The notes beneath the pieces are model-generated. The model did no database searches, was not told the DNA's origin, and worked only from the letters and a program-made list of their open reading frames with translations. A DNA stretch of 64,000 bases, from assembly GCA_041750285.1 (NCBI GenBank), contig JBGSZS010000013.1, positions 17,220-81,219 of the forward strand, in the 5' to 3' direction. Made by a program: the position numbers and the translations under genes. Below are positions 29,963 through 39,500 of this stretch, piece by piece; position 1 is the stretch's first letter, and each line of letters starts with the position of its first letter. Source of the stretch: Candidatus Fermentibacteraceae bacterium. Lineage in GTDB: Bacteria; Fermentibacterota; Fermentibacteria; Fermentibacterales; JCC-6.

Positions 29963-30400
29963 CTAACGCTCCACCACCCATGCGTCGGTCCAGCCCAGGG
30001 CCCTGACCGAAGCCTGAAGGGCCAGGGCCTGTTCACGGTTCTCGAAGGAACCCACGCGCACCTTGTGGTAAGCCCCCTCTGGATCGACGAAGACAGGTTG
30101 TTCGAGAAGCCCCGTGAGTTCCGCGGCAACGCCCGCGGCTGCCTCGGGCGTTGAACATGCCGCTACCTGCACGCTGAACCGGCCATTGCCTGCCGGTTCC
30201 GCCCGGGAAGCCTCCTGAACACCGCCAGGCACGGCAATGGTGACTATCTCGCCGAAACCTGCGAACGGATCGCCCCCGTATGCCGGAGAGTCTCCGTACG
30301 GGTCCGAATTGGAGTCTGCCGAACCGTTCTCCGGCACGGTGGACGTTGTGCCGCATGCAGCCGCAAGGATCAGGACAGCGATCAGGACGACTCTAGGCAT
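29963..30400 (-). CDS. SPOR-domain lipoprotein
   Basis: Lipobox LAAA-C; FSVQVAA...YHKVRVGSF...DAWVV. Confidence 0.85.
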   Translation of the reverse strand: MPRVVLIAVLILAAACGTTSTVPENGSADSNSDPYGDSPAYGGDPFAGFGEIVTIAVPGGVQEASRAEPAGNGRFSVQVAACSTPEAAAGVAAELTGLLEQPVFVDPEGAYHKVRVGSFENREQALALQASVRALGWTDAWVVER

Positions 30401-31325
30401 TTTCGACCTCCGCGGTTCGAATGAAGGCGTCAAGAAGCGGAAGCATGATCTCGTGATGCCCCGTGATGGAGAGAGCGACCCCTCCCAGGGCTGCCACAGG
30501 CCTGGCCAGAACATTCTGAGACGGCCTGTACTGCCTGATCATGTCGAAATCCGCACAGGTTATGTCATTCACCTGAAAACCGACGTTCCTTGCGCAGGTG
30601 AGGGCCTTGAGGAATACCTCGGGCATTGCGACGGCGCTTCCGGCATTCACCGCAACGCCTCCCCCCAGGTTGCCCAGAACCGTTCCAAACCTGTTGAAGT
30701 CCCTTTCTGCAGCGGCCGCGAGCTTCTCCCATGAAACCGCAGGGAGGGGGTGGACGATGTCGCAGCCAAGTCCGGGATGAACCGTTCCGGGAACTCCCTT
30801 CTGGGCCGCCATGGCCAGAGGGCTGACTTCGGGGTCCCCACCCTTTTCAAGGATCACCCGGCCGATCCCCTCGCCCAGAAAACCCGCCCCCTCGAGCGCA
30901 CGGGCATACATGTCACCCGTTTCGCGCCACATGCCGAAACTGCCGTCGGCGATCCCCTTCTCCACATCCTCGGAGGTCTGTCCGAAGAGGGCGAGTTCCA
31001 TGTCGTGTATCGAGCCGGCGCCATTGGTGGCGACCGCCGTGAACACGCCGTCGCGTATCCACCGGCACAGAAGGGGACCGAGACCGCACTTGATGACGTG
31101 CCCCCCGTACATCAGAAGCCTTTCTGAGCCGTTCATCCGTGACTTCGAGAACGCGATGGCGAGAGTCTTCATGGACTTCACGGCCAGAACGTCGGGCAGG
31201 CCGAGGATGAAGCCGGAAAGGGGGGAGGACGCGTCCCAGCGGCCCGCGAGGACTGCATGGCCCACTTTCGATACCCTTCCTTCGAGGCTCTTGAGGGTGA
31301 GCCCGTTCCTGTCAAACCGCTTCGT
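30393..31325 (-). CDS. Conserved protein, deoxyhypusine-synthase-like fold; probable ACG start
   Basis: GGHVIKCGL, NGAGSIHDMELA, GSAVAMPEVFLKAL, GHHEIMLPLL. Confidence 0.8.
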   Translation of the reverse strand, partial: TKRFDRNGLTLKSLEGRVSKVGHAVLAGRWDASSPLSGFILGLPDVLAVKSMKTLAIAFSKSRMNGSERLLMYGGHVIKCGLGPLLCRWIRDGVFTAVATNGAGSIHDMELALFGQTSEDVEKGIADGSFGMWRETGDMYARALEGAGFLGEGIGRVILEKGGDPEVSPLAMAAQKGVPGTVHPGLGCDIVHPLPAVSWEKLAAAAERDFNRFGTVLGNLGGGVAVNAGSAVAMPEVFLKALTCARNVGFQVNDITCADFDMIRQYRPSQNVLARPVAALGGVALSITGHHEIMLPLLDAFIRTAEVENA

Positions 31326-32040
31326 ACTTCACCTCCACCAGTGTGAGCCCGCATGCGGGAAGCGAGGGGCCTGCGGCCACTGCCCTTCCGCCCCCGAGAA
31401 GGTCCCTCACCACATCGGGTGACAGTTTTCCCGTTCCGACCCTCAGCAGGGTGCCTGCCCAGAGCCGCACGACTCCCCGCAGGAATCTGTCGGAAGTTAT
31501 GCGAATAGTCCACCCTTCCTGATCCTCAGTTACCCCCGCCTCCCTTACGTCCATGTTCCATGTGGAGTTGCCCCCGCCGGTCTTTGCGAAAGCCCTCCAG
31601 TCGGCTCGCCCGAGGGAAAGGGCAGCGGCGGCGTTCATGGCTCCGGTGTCGAGCGTCAACCAGGGCTGGAACTCGGTCCGGGCCTTCAGAGGGCTCCGGC
31701 GCCGGCCTATCCTGTAATGGTATGTCCGCTCGACTGCGTCGAACCTTGCATTGAACGTGTCGCGGACAGGGAACCAGCGTATGAGGGCTATGTCACGGGG
31801 AAGGATCCGGGCCAGGGCGGAGAGCCTCTCCCCTCCCCTGTCGAGGTCCAGATGGGCGGGCATTGCCAGGGCGTGAACACCGGCATCGGTGCGGCCTGCT
31901 CCCGTGACCGGAACCCTGTTGCCGGTGATCTTTTCCAGGCAGCACTCGATCTCGCCCTGAACAGTGCGTTCACCGGGCTGGTACTGAAACCCCCTGAATC
32001 CGGTCCCGTCGAACTCGAAGTAAGCAAGATACCTGGGCAT
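31312..32040 (-). CDS. truA: tRNA pseudouridine(38-40) synthase
   Basis: FDGTGFRGFQYQ, GAGRTDAGVHA, FNARFDA, FLRGVVR. Confidence 0.95.
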   Translation of the reverse strand: MPRYLAYFEFDGTGFRGFQYQPGERTVQGEIECCLEKITGNRVPVTGAGRTDAGVHALAMPAHLDLDRGGERLSALARILPRDIALIRWFPVRDTFNARFDAVERTYHYRIGRRRSPLKARTEFQPWLTLDTGAMNAAAALSLGRADWRAFAKTGGGNSTWNMDVREAGVTEDQEGWTIRITSDRFLRGVVRLWAGTLLRVGTGKLSPDVVRDLLGGGRAVAAGPSLPACGLTLVEVKYEAV

Positions 32041-32049
32041 CGGTGCCTT

Positions 32050-32622
32050 TCAGATGAACCCGGCAACGGAGAGTGAGAGCATTGCCCAACCCAGACCGGC
32101 CAGAACGGTTCCGGTGACGGACACCGGCACATGCTTCATTTCGGGAACTGCTTCACGCAGTACCCTTTCTGCGACGATTGCCACCCTCCTCGCACGGGAG
32201 GGCTCGTTCCGGGTCTCGGACCATGCAAGCCTGGTGAGGGCGGCTGAAGGGCCAGCCAGCTGAAGCGTTACGAGAAGGGGCTCAAGGGGGCGGCGCAGCG
32301 CCGGGACCCTGCGAACCGCCCCGCCGATTACCATTGCCGCCCCGCCGCTTCCCAGAACCCACGCGAAGTAAGAGCCGCCGGATGCCGCGGCCAGCCAGCG
32401 CAGCGATGTAACCACAGCTTCCGGTGAGGCGAGCAGGGCCCAACCCAGCGACACCGCCGGTGGAAGGCACATGACGGAAAGCCTTTTCAGGTACGCGGCG
32501 CCGCCTGTGATGACTCCTGCCAGGGGAAAGACGGCGAACAGGAATAGGCTGCCCGGAAAGCAGATAAAGGCTGAGGCCGGTGTGCCTGTCATGGCCGCGA
32601 ACACAAGGATCGCCCGGGTCAA
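32050..32622 (-). CDS. Hydrophobic membrane protein (possibly a degenerate EcfT)
   Basis: Multiple TM segments; in operon between rluD and truA. Confidence 0.55.
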   Translation of the reverse strand: MTRAILVFAAMTGTPASAFICFPGSLFLFAVFPLAGVITGGAAYLKRLSVMCLPPAVSLGWALLASPEAVVTSLRWLAAASGGSYFAWVLGSGGAAMVIGGAVRRVPALRRPLEPLLVTLQLAGPSAALTRLAWSETRNEPSRARRVAIVAERVLREAVPEMKHVPVSVTGTVLAGLGWAMLSLSVAGFI

Positions 32623-33602
32623 GAAGAAGCTTCCATGTCGCGGGCAAGGAGCTTCTGCACGATGTGGAACTCTGAGGGGGGTGCCGAGTTGAACTCCATT
32701 TCCTCGCCTGTCACGGGGTGCAGGAAGCCGAGGGTTTCCGCATGGAGCATGTGGTGACCGGCGAGCCTCACCGCGTCAGCCACCAGCTCGCGGTCAGCCT
32801 TCGTTGACGAATGACCGGCCGGCTTCATCCCGCCGTACTTCTCGTCGGCAATGACGGGGCACCCCATGCAGGTTGCTCCGTGAACACGGATCTGATGGGT
32901 GCGCCCTGTCTCGAGACGGAACTCGATGAGGTCAGAAAAGCGGAAAGCCTTTATTACCTTATAGTTGGTGACGGCCCTCCTGCCACCGGGCACGACGGCC
33001 ATTTTCTGACGGTTGACGGGATGGCGGCCTATGGGCGCGTCTATCCTCCCCTGCGGGGGCTCGGGATGGTTCCAGCAAAGGGCCAGGTACCTGCGTTTGA
33101 CGCTCCTTGCCGAGAGCTGGCCGGAAAGACCCCTGTGGGCGGTGTCACTCTTCGCGGCCACAAGAAGGCCGGTGGTGTCCTTGTCGAGCCTGTGGACGAT
33201 CCCGGGACGGAGTTCGCCGCTGATGCCCGAGAGGCTTTTGCAGTGGAAAAGAAGGGCGTTGACGAGTGTTCCGCTCCGGGCGAAGGCCGTTGGATGAACG
33301 ACGAAGCCGGGCTGCTTGTTGATGACGATCAGGTGGTCGTCCTCGAAAACGACGTCCAGCGGGATGTCTTCGGGGGAGAGCTCTATCGGCTCGGGGTCGG
33401 GAACTTCCAGTGAAACGGTCTGACCCTGGTGAAGCCTGGCGGAGGGCTTGGCGTTTGCCTGGCCCTCCACCGTCACGTAACCGTTCCGGATCAGCGTGCT
33501 TATGTAGCTTCGGCTCTGGTCGACGTCCTCCTGGCTTACCAGGAAGCAGTCCAGCCTGATCCCTTCATCTTCTTCCTCGACGGAAAAACAGAGTCTCGCC
33601 AA
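32619..33602 (-). CDS. rluD: RluA/RluD pseudouridine synthase
   Basis: S4 domain, GIVHRLDKDTTG, LETGRTHQIRVH. Confidence 0.92.
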   Translation of the reverse strand: MARLCFSVEEEDEGIRLDCFLVSQEDVDQSRSYISTLIRNGYVTVEGQANAKPSARLHQGQTVSLEVPDPEPIELSPEDIPLDVVFEDDHLIVINKQPGFVVHPTAFARSGTLVNALLFHCKSLSGISGELRPGIVHRLDKDTTGLLVAAKSDTAHRGLSGQLSARSVKRRYLALCWNHPEPPQGRIDAPIGRHPVNRQKMAVVPGGRRAVTNYKVIKAFRFSDLIEFRLETGRTHQIRVHGATCMGCPVIADEKYGGMKPAGHSSTKADRELVADAVRLAGHHMLHAETLGFLHPVTGEEMEFNSAPPSEFHIVQKLLARDMEASS

Positions 33603-34076
33603 TTACTGCGTGCGAAGTATGAGATGGTAGCCGAACTGGGTCTCGACCACTCCGGACATCTCACCTACGCCAAGGCTGAAGGCGGCCTGCTCGAAGGCGG
33701 GGACCATTGCGCCGCGCCCGAACACGCCGAGTGCTCCGCCGTCGGCGCCCGAAGGGCAGTCCGAGTACTCGCTGGCGGCCTGGGCGAATTCTATCTCACC
33801 CGCGGCGATCCTGCCCTCGATCTCGGTTATGAGGTTCCTGGCCTCTTCCTGCGTACGTTCCACACCCTGGACCTGGCTTCCCGCGTAGCTGATGAGAATA
33901 TGGCTGGCTCCAACTGCTGTCACTTCCCCGACCCCCCCGTCAGTGCTGGTTGTGTCCGGCACTTCCACCGGTATGTCTTCGACCGGTGGCTGGGAAGCCT
34001 CTCCCGGGACTGGTGATTCGCCGCAGGCGGTTGCGAGCAGGGCGACCGCCATGATGGAAAGAAGCAATACCTTCAC
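33603..34076 (-). CDS. Parvulin-type PPIase lipoprotein
   Basis: Lipobox LATA-C; ASHILI, GGALGVFGRGAMVPAFE, ETQFGYHLI. Confidence 0.92.
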   Translation of the reverse strand: MKVLLLSIMAVALLATACGESPVPGEASQPPVEDIPVEVPDTTSTDGGVGEVTAVGASHILISYAGSQVQGVERTQEEARNLITEIEGRIAAGEIEFAQAASEYSDCPSGADGGALGVFGRGAMVPAFEQAAFSLGVGEMSGVVETQFGYHLILRTQ

Positions 34077-34210
34077 GAAATCCTCCTTGCTGATTGAAAC
34101 CCCGGGAAATATACCGCTACGGGAATGGGTGTTGACAGGGGTCGAGGGCATTACCGATACTTCAAACCATATGGTGTGTATTTTTCATCCGACAGGAAAG
34201 GGGTGCGCCG

Positions 34211-35419
34211 TTGAATCGGGACATGTACTTCGCCGCCAGAACCCGTGGAATGAAAAGGTCCGTGATAAGGGAACTCCTGAAACTCACGAGTAAACCGGAG
34301 GTCATCAGTTTCGCGGGGGGGCTCCCCGCCCCGAGAACATTCCCGGTGGATGCCGTGAGGTCTGCGGTGCTTGACGTTCTTGACAACGACGCCGATCTGG
34401 CCCTTCAGTACGGCTCGACCGAGGGCAACAACTGCCTCAGGAATGAACTCGCCCGGGTCATGAAGGCCGACGGAATAGACGCCGACCCCGATCATATCCT
34501 CGTGACCACAGCCAGTCAGCAGGGTCTCGATCTCATCGCGAAGATATTCATGGATCCCGGCGACACCTGCGTGTGCGGCCTGCCCACGTATCTCGGCGGG
34601 CTGCAGGCCATCCGGAGCTACGAGGGTATTCCCGTGGGTACCGCTCTCGACGATCACGGAATGATCCCGGAGGAGCTGGTTAAGACCCTGGACATGCTGG
34701 AAGCACAGAACCGCAGGCCAAGGTTCCTTTACATCATCCCCGACTTCCAGAACCCCGCAGGGGTCACCATACCCGCGGAACGGCGCAGGAAGATCGTGCA
34801 GATCGCAAGGGAGCGCGACTACCTGATCGTGGAGGACACGCCCTACCGGCAGATCCGCTTCGAGGGCGAGCATCAGCCCACATTCCAGAGCCTCGCCCCG
34901 GAACGGGTCATCTCCCTCTATACCTTCAGCAAGATCATGCTTCCTGGATTCAGGATCGGCTGGGCATACGGCCCCGAGTGGATCGTCGACAAGATGATCA
35001 TGGCCAAACAGTCGGCAGACCTCTGCACAACGCCATTCTGCCAGGCCATTGCCGCAAAGATGCTCAAAGACGGCGTTCTGGAGAGGGGTCTTGCCGAGAC
35101 GATCAAGCTGTACCGCCACCGATGCGGCCTGATGCTCGAACAGCTCGACAAAAACCTTTCCGGGCTTCCAGGAGTTCACTGGACAAGGCCCGAGGGCGGC
35201 CTTTTCCTCTGGCTCAAGCTTCCAGCGGGCAACAACACAACCGAGCTGTTCGAGAAGGCCATAGAAAAGAACGTTGCATACGTCCCGGGAAGCGCCTTCT
35301 ACCCCGAAGGCGATGACCATACCGGGATGCGGCTCAATTTCAGCTATTCCGACGACGGGAAGACAGTGGAGGGCGTAAAGCGCCTCAGCGCGCTCATCAG
35401 GGAGACCCTGGGGAACTAG
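34211..35419 (+). CDS. PLP-dependent aminotransferase class I/II (LysN-like)
   Basis: ISFAGGLPA, FQNPAG, VEDTPY, TFSKIMLPGFRIGW. Confidence 0.92.
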   Translation: MNRDMYFAARTRGMKRSVIRELLKLTSKPEVISFAGGLPAPRTFPVDAVRSAVLDVLDNDADLALQYGSTEGNNCLRNELARVMKADGIDADPDHILVTTASQQGLDLIAKIFMDPGDTCVCGLPTYLGGLQAIRSYEGIPVGTALDDHGMIPEELVKTLDMLEAQNRRPRFLYIIPDFQNPAGVTIPAERRRKIVQIARERDYLIVEDTPYRQIRFEGEHQPTFQSLAPERVISLYTFSKIMLPGFRIGWAYGPEWIVDKMIMAKQSADLCTTPFCQAIAAKMLKDGVLERGLAETIKLYRHRCGLMLEQLDKNLSGLPGVHWTRPEGGLFLWLKLPAGNNTTELFEKAIEKNVAYVPGSAFYPEGDDHTGMRLNFSYSDDGKTVEGVKRLSALIRETLGN

Positions 35420-35433
35420 GTTCCCCGGAAAGG

Positions 35434-36402
35434 ATGGAGTTGAACACCTCGACGATCTACATGGGAATGAAGCTGCGAAACCCAGTGATTGTGGGAAGCA
35501 GCGGTCTCTCCTCCACACCGGAGAAGGTGAAGGCATGCTCCGATGCCGGAGCCGGCGCCGTCGTTCTGAAATCGATATTCGAGGAGCAGATCGAGAAGGA
35601 TCTGGGGAACATGTCCGGAAGTTCATGGTACCCCGAAGCCGCCGACTACATCGGCAGGTACGGCATGGACAACGCCGTATCCCGTTATCTCGAGCTGTTG
35701 AAGGGTTCTGCGGGAATGGTCGACATCCCCGTGATACCCAGCATCCACTGCTTCGGTTCGGGCAAGTGGGTGGATTTTGCTGCCAGACTGGAAGATGCCG
35801 GCGCCCCGGCCCTTGAGTTGAACGCCTTCATCCTGCCGTCCGACCCCCGGAAAACCGGCCGTGAGAACGAGCAGGCGCTTCTCGACATCATCAGCCACAT
35901 CAAAAAGGTCGTTTCCATCCCGGTGGCCGTGAAGGTGGGAAGCCACTTCTCCAGCCTCCCCACGTTCGCACGTGAGCTGGAGAATGCCGGCGCCGACGCC
36001 CTGGTCGTCTTCAACCGGTTCTACAGCCTCGACCTCGACATCGAGAAGCTCGAGGTCATCCCCGGCGCCAACTTCAGCACTCCCCAGGAAGCCCAGACCG
36101 TAATGCGATGGATCTCCATCCTCAAACCCCTGCTGAACTGCGACCTTGCGGCCACCACCGGTGTCCACGACGGCCCAGGGCTCGTCAAACAGCTTCTCGC
36201 CGGGGCTCGGGCCGTACAGATCTCCAGCACGCTGTACAGGAACGGTCTGGGGACCATCGGAACGATGCTGGCCTTTCTCGTCGACTGGATGAAAAGGCAC
36301 GGCCACGCCTCCGTCGACTCGTTCATCGGAAGCATGGCCGCCACATCCAATCCGGCGGAATTCCTTCGCGTTCAGTTCATGAAGGTCTCTGTTGGCGAAT
36401 AG
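35434..36402 (+). CDS. Dihydroorotate dehydrogenase-like flavoprotein
   Basis: LRNPVIVGSSGL, GAVVLKSIFEEQI, PVAVK, TTGVH. Confidence 0.88.
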   Translation: MELNTSTIYMGMKLRNPVIVGSSGLSSTPEKVKACSDAGAGAVVLKSIFEEQIEKDLGNMSGSSWYPEAADYIGRYGMDNAVSRYLELLKGSAGMVDIPVIPSIHCFGSGKWVDFAARLEDAGAPALELNAFILPSDPRKTGRENEQALLDIISHIKKVVSIPVAVKVGSHFSSLPTFARELENAGADALVVFNRFYSLDLDIEKLEVIPGANFSTPQEAQTVMRWISILKPLLNCDLAATTGVHDGPGLVKQLLAGARAVQISSTLYRNGLGTIGTMLAFLVDWMKRHGHASVDSFIGSMAATSNPAEFLRVQFMKVSVGE

Positions 36403-36412
36403 CTGATACACC

Positions 36413-36448
36413 GGGGACACCCTGGCATTTCAAAACCAGGGTGTCCCC
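36413..36448. terminator. 13-bp hairpin between convergent genes
   Basis: GGGGACACCCTGG-N10-CCAGGGTGTCCCC. Confidence 0.75.
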
Positions 36449-36459
36449 TGACGGAAAAG

Positions 36460-36717
36460 CTACCTTCCGCAGCCTCCGCAGGAACCGGGAGTCATGCCGC
36501 CGCAGCGGGGGGTCTCGGTGGTGGTCTCCCTGCAGGCGCATTCGCCGGCACTGGCACACTCTTCGGCACAGGTGCACTCACCGCCGTCACTGCATGTGCA
36601 GGCTTCTTCGCATTCGCATCCGCATTCGCAGGCGCAGTTCTCGTTCCCGGGACCTTCGGCTGGAACAGCGAACAGCAGACCTGCGAGAAGCAGTGCGGCC
36701 AGGGCAAGCTTTTTCAC
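36460..36717 (-). CDS. Secreted Cys-rich metallothionein-like peptide
   Basis: SD AAAGGAG + GTG; signal peptide; 15 Cys, mostly in CxC motifs. Confidence 0.75.
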   Translation of the reverse strand: MKKLALAALLLAGLLFAVPAEGPGNENCACECGCECEEACTCSDGGECTCAEECASAGECACRETTTETPRCGGMTPGSCGGCGR

Positions 36718-36842
36718 CGGAACTCCTTTCGTTTGCCAGAATTGTGGTGATCACATAGTATACCAGTTTAGTAGGGAATGGTTCCAGCACAGTGCCAGGC
36801 CTTGTTCACTGCGGTTTTTACCCGGGTTGTTTCCGGCTCAGG

Positions 36843-37274
36843 TTACCTTCCCGGCTCGTTCCTTACGGGGTGCACAGGGGTGTCAGCGTTCTTGTCGAAG
36901 AGCAGCCTCACGTCTTCCTTCATCAGGGTGACCAGCGTGAAGATGCCGAGTATGGTGCCGAAGGGCATGAAGATGCACTCGATGCCGGCCATTGCGAGGC
37001 AGAGCCCGTGCCTTGTCCTGCGTCTGATGTTCTTCCCGGCGTAGATTATGAACGCTGCGATGGTCCACGCCACAAGTATCACCAGCCCCGGAAGCACTAC
37101 GAACATCCAGCCCATGAATTGCGGTGGAGCATCCCCGTCAGGGAAGTGACCGGTCACCATCGCCACCCCCATTGCCAGGTGGATGAGGAATATCGAAGCG
37201 CCGAGGATCATCAGAGCGCCCACCACGTAGTGGAACACACCCAGCAGGTCGAGAACCCTTTCGTCCTGAGTCAT
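36843..37274 (-). CDS. Hypothetical membrane protein
   Basis: SD AAGGAGG; TM helices; PFGTILGIFTL. Confidence 0.75.
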   Translation of the reverse strand: MTQDERVLDLLGVFHYVVGALMILGASIFLIHLAMGVAMVTGHFPDGDAPPQFMGWMFVVLPGLVILVAWTIAAFIIYAGKNIRRRTRHGLCLAMAGIECIFMPFGTILGIFTLVTLMKEDVRLLFDKNADTPVHPVRNEPGR

Positions 37275-37816
37275 AAGGCCTCCTTGTCCGGTGAAGCGAA
37301 GTCCCATACTTCAGTATTTTCAGCAATTCTGCCGTTTCCGTCAAGAATGATCCCTTCCATCGCCAGCAGAGCCATCTTCATACCAGCCCCCCCCTGGAAG
37401 CCACCCGGGGAAAGGTCTGCCCTCACTGCGCGGTGGCATGGGATGATCAGCGGAAAGGGGTTCCGGGCCAGGGCGTTTCCAACCGCCCTCGCACCGGTTC
37501 CGAGCGTGCGTGCGATCCTTCCGTACGTTGTGATGCGGCCCCGGGGCACCGTGCATTCCAGAAGAAGAACGGACCTTTGGAATGCTCCGCATTCATCCAG
37601 ATCGGCAAGGTCGAGTGGAACGGTCACCCCTTCCCCGTTCAAAAGGGCGGCAATCCGCTCCGCAAGGTCATCGACCGCACCGCAGGTGGCCTCCTCCCGG
37701 GAACCTTCCGTTCCGTCGATGCAAACCCTCTTAACCAGCGGATGGTCCTTCCCCGGAACCCAAAGAATGGCTGCACCGAATGGTCCGGGGGCAGCTATCC
37801 TGCGGATGAACATCAC
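37271..37816 (-). CDS. ogt: Methylated-DNA--protein-cysteine methyltransferase
   Basis: TYGRIA, ARAVGNALARNP, IPCHR. Confidence 0.9.
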   Translation of the reverse strand: MMFIRRIAAPGPFGAAILWVPGKDHPLVKRVCIDGTEGSREEATCGAVDDLAERIAALLNGEGVTVPLDLADLDECGAFQRSVLLLECTVPRGRITTYGRIARTLGTGARAVGNALARNPFPLIIPCHRAVRADLSPGGFQGGAGMKMALLAMEGIILDGNGRIAENTEVWDFASPDKEAL

Positions 37817-38673
37817 CTTCCGCCCCTCATCACGAGCCAGCTTCCCAGCGAGGTGAGGACCAGACCGATCCAGAACGGAGGTGTGAGGACCTCCCCGAGA
37901 AATACAACTGCCAGCACCGATGCAACGGCGGGTTTCAGCATGAACACCATGGATGCAGCCACTGCGCCGATGCGTCGTATGGCCCTGACGAAGGTGAGGT
38001 AGGCAACACCGCTCACGCCAAGGGTCAGATACAATGCGGCTGCAGCGTTGCCGGGGCTCGCCACAAGGGGGGCGGGCGACAGGGGCCTGCCCGAAGCGGC
38101 GAGGAAAGCGAAAAGAACTATCAGACCGGCGGCGAATGAGACCACGTTGATGGTCACCGGGTCGGTCCTGCCCGAAACCCTTTTGCCCATGACCGTGTAC
38201 AGGGCGAATGCGGCTGCGGAAACCATGGCGTATGCCGTTCCCGTGTCGACGGTGAGGGTGTGAAGCCCGCTGACGATGGCAAGCCCCGCCAGACCCGAAA
38301 GAAGCCCCAGAACCTTCAGGAGATTGGCCTTCTCGGTCCCGGACAGCGCGGAAATGATGAACACGAGAACCGGGTTGGCGCAGAACACAGTGGCGGCCCT
38401 GGCCGCGGAGGTCAGTTTGACTGCGGTCTGAAGCAGCGACATTGCCAGCGCGATGTTCACAACGCCCATCAGCAGAAGCAGGGCAACGGTTCCCCCGCCG
38501 AGCGTCCTTATGCTCGAAAGCCCCCTTCGCCGGATGAGGATGATCGAAAGAACAAGGGCACCGGCGGCGAACCGCCAGAAAGTGAGGGTCAGCGGATCGA
38601 TGGAACCCAGGAGGGGTTTACTGACGACTTCCATCGACGCGAAGAACACCAGGGTGACGATGAAGTCAGACAA
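37813..38673 (-). CDS. DMT/EamA transporter
   Basis: 10-TM duplicated EamA pattern; TTG after GGAGG. Confidence 0.88.
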   Translation of the reverse strand: MSDFIVTLVFFASMEVVSKPLLGSIDPLTLTFWRFAAGALVLSIILIRRRGLSSIRTLGGGTVALLLLMGVVNIALAMSLLQTAVKLTSAARAATVFCANPVLVFIISALSGTEKANLLKVLGLLSGLAGLAIVSGLHTLTVDTGTAYAMVSAAAFALYTVMGKRVSGRTDPVTINVVSFAAGLIVLFAFLAASGRPLSPAPLVASPGNAAAALYLTLGVSGVAYLTFVRAIRRIGAVAASMVFMLKPAVASVLAVVFLGEVLTPPFWIGLVLTSLGSWLVMRGGR

Positions 38674-39415
38674 GCGAACGCCTCCTGCGCAGGGCAGCAA
38701 AGCCGGTCGTCAGAAGGCCGGCCAGGATGATCGTCAGAAAGGGCGAAGCCTCGGGTCCGAAAGCGCCCGGATCGACCGCCGGCCTGCACAATGCCGGAAA
38801 GGCGTAACCGCTGACCCCGAAGCCCATGACTACACCTATACCGGCGTTCCACAAGAAATGTGCCAGAACCGAACCTGTCAGCCCGCCCCCCATCGCCCTC
38901 AGAAGGCAGAGCCCAATCCCCGCCAGGAATATGTTGACCATGCCCAGCGGGTCCGAGAACGGGTTGTCAAGGTGAACAACCGTGAAAAGCACTGACGAAA
39001 GAAGCATGCCCACCCCGAAACGGCCGTTCAGGGAGAGGGTGTCGGCAAGAAAGAGCCTGAAGACGAGTTCTTCGTGAAAAGCAAAGAGAAGAAGAGCCAG
39101 AAGGGTCAGGGCGACGGCTCCGGGAGTATCGTTCGAGGCTGTGATACCCGAATCGAGAAGCAGGGCCAGTGGAACAAGAAGGGCCGCCACTGGAGTGATG
39201 ATGCTCCACCGGAGGCCTCCGGCATGCCATCTGTTGGTGGCCCCGGGAACCAGGAGAAGCGTCAGCGCTGCTGTCGGCAGAATGCTCACGACGCTGAAGA
39301 ATGAGCTTGAAAGTATCGATCCGGCTGGCAGGATCATCCTGGCCAGAGACCACAACCCGGCCCCCAGAACCGCAAAGAGCAACCGTGGGACGGGTTTTCG
39401 AATGGATCGTTTCAT
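38666..39415 (-). CDS. CPBP (CAAX/Abi) intramembrane metalloprotease
   Basis: EELVFR, FTVVH, AHFLWN. Confidence 0.9.
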   Translation of the reverse strand: MKRSIRKPVPRLLFAVLGAGLWSLARMILPAGSILSSSFFSVVSILPTAALTLLLVPGATNRWHAGGLRWSIITPVAALLVPLALLLDSGITASNDTPGAVALTLLALLLFAFHEELVFRLFLADTLSLNGRFGVGMLLSSVLFTVVHLDNPFSDPLGMVNIFLAGIGLCLLRAMGGGLTGSVLAHFLWNAGIGVVMGFGVSGYAFPALCRPAVDPGAFGPEASPFLTIILAGLLTTGFAALRRRRSLV

Positions 39416-39426
39416 GCGTGGCGGGG

Positions 39427-39500
39427 GGCGGTTGACCGCCCCCCTTGGCTCCGTTTCAATCAGGCGGCGGTGCCGCCCACCTTGGCTCCGTATAAATCAG
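39427..39500. repeat. Imperfect tandem duplication with GC hairpins at the 3' end of pgk-tpi
   Basis: 39436-39463 vs 39473-39500 match at 25/28 nt; hairpin GGGGGGCGG-TTGA-CCGCCCCCC. Confidence 0.7.
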
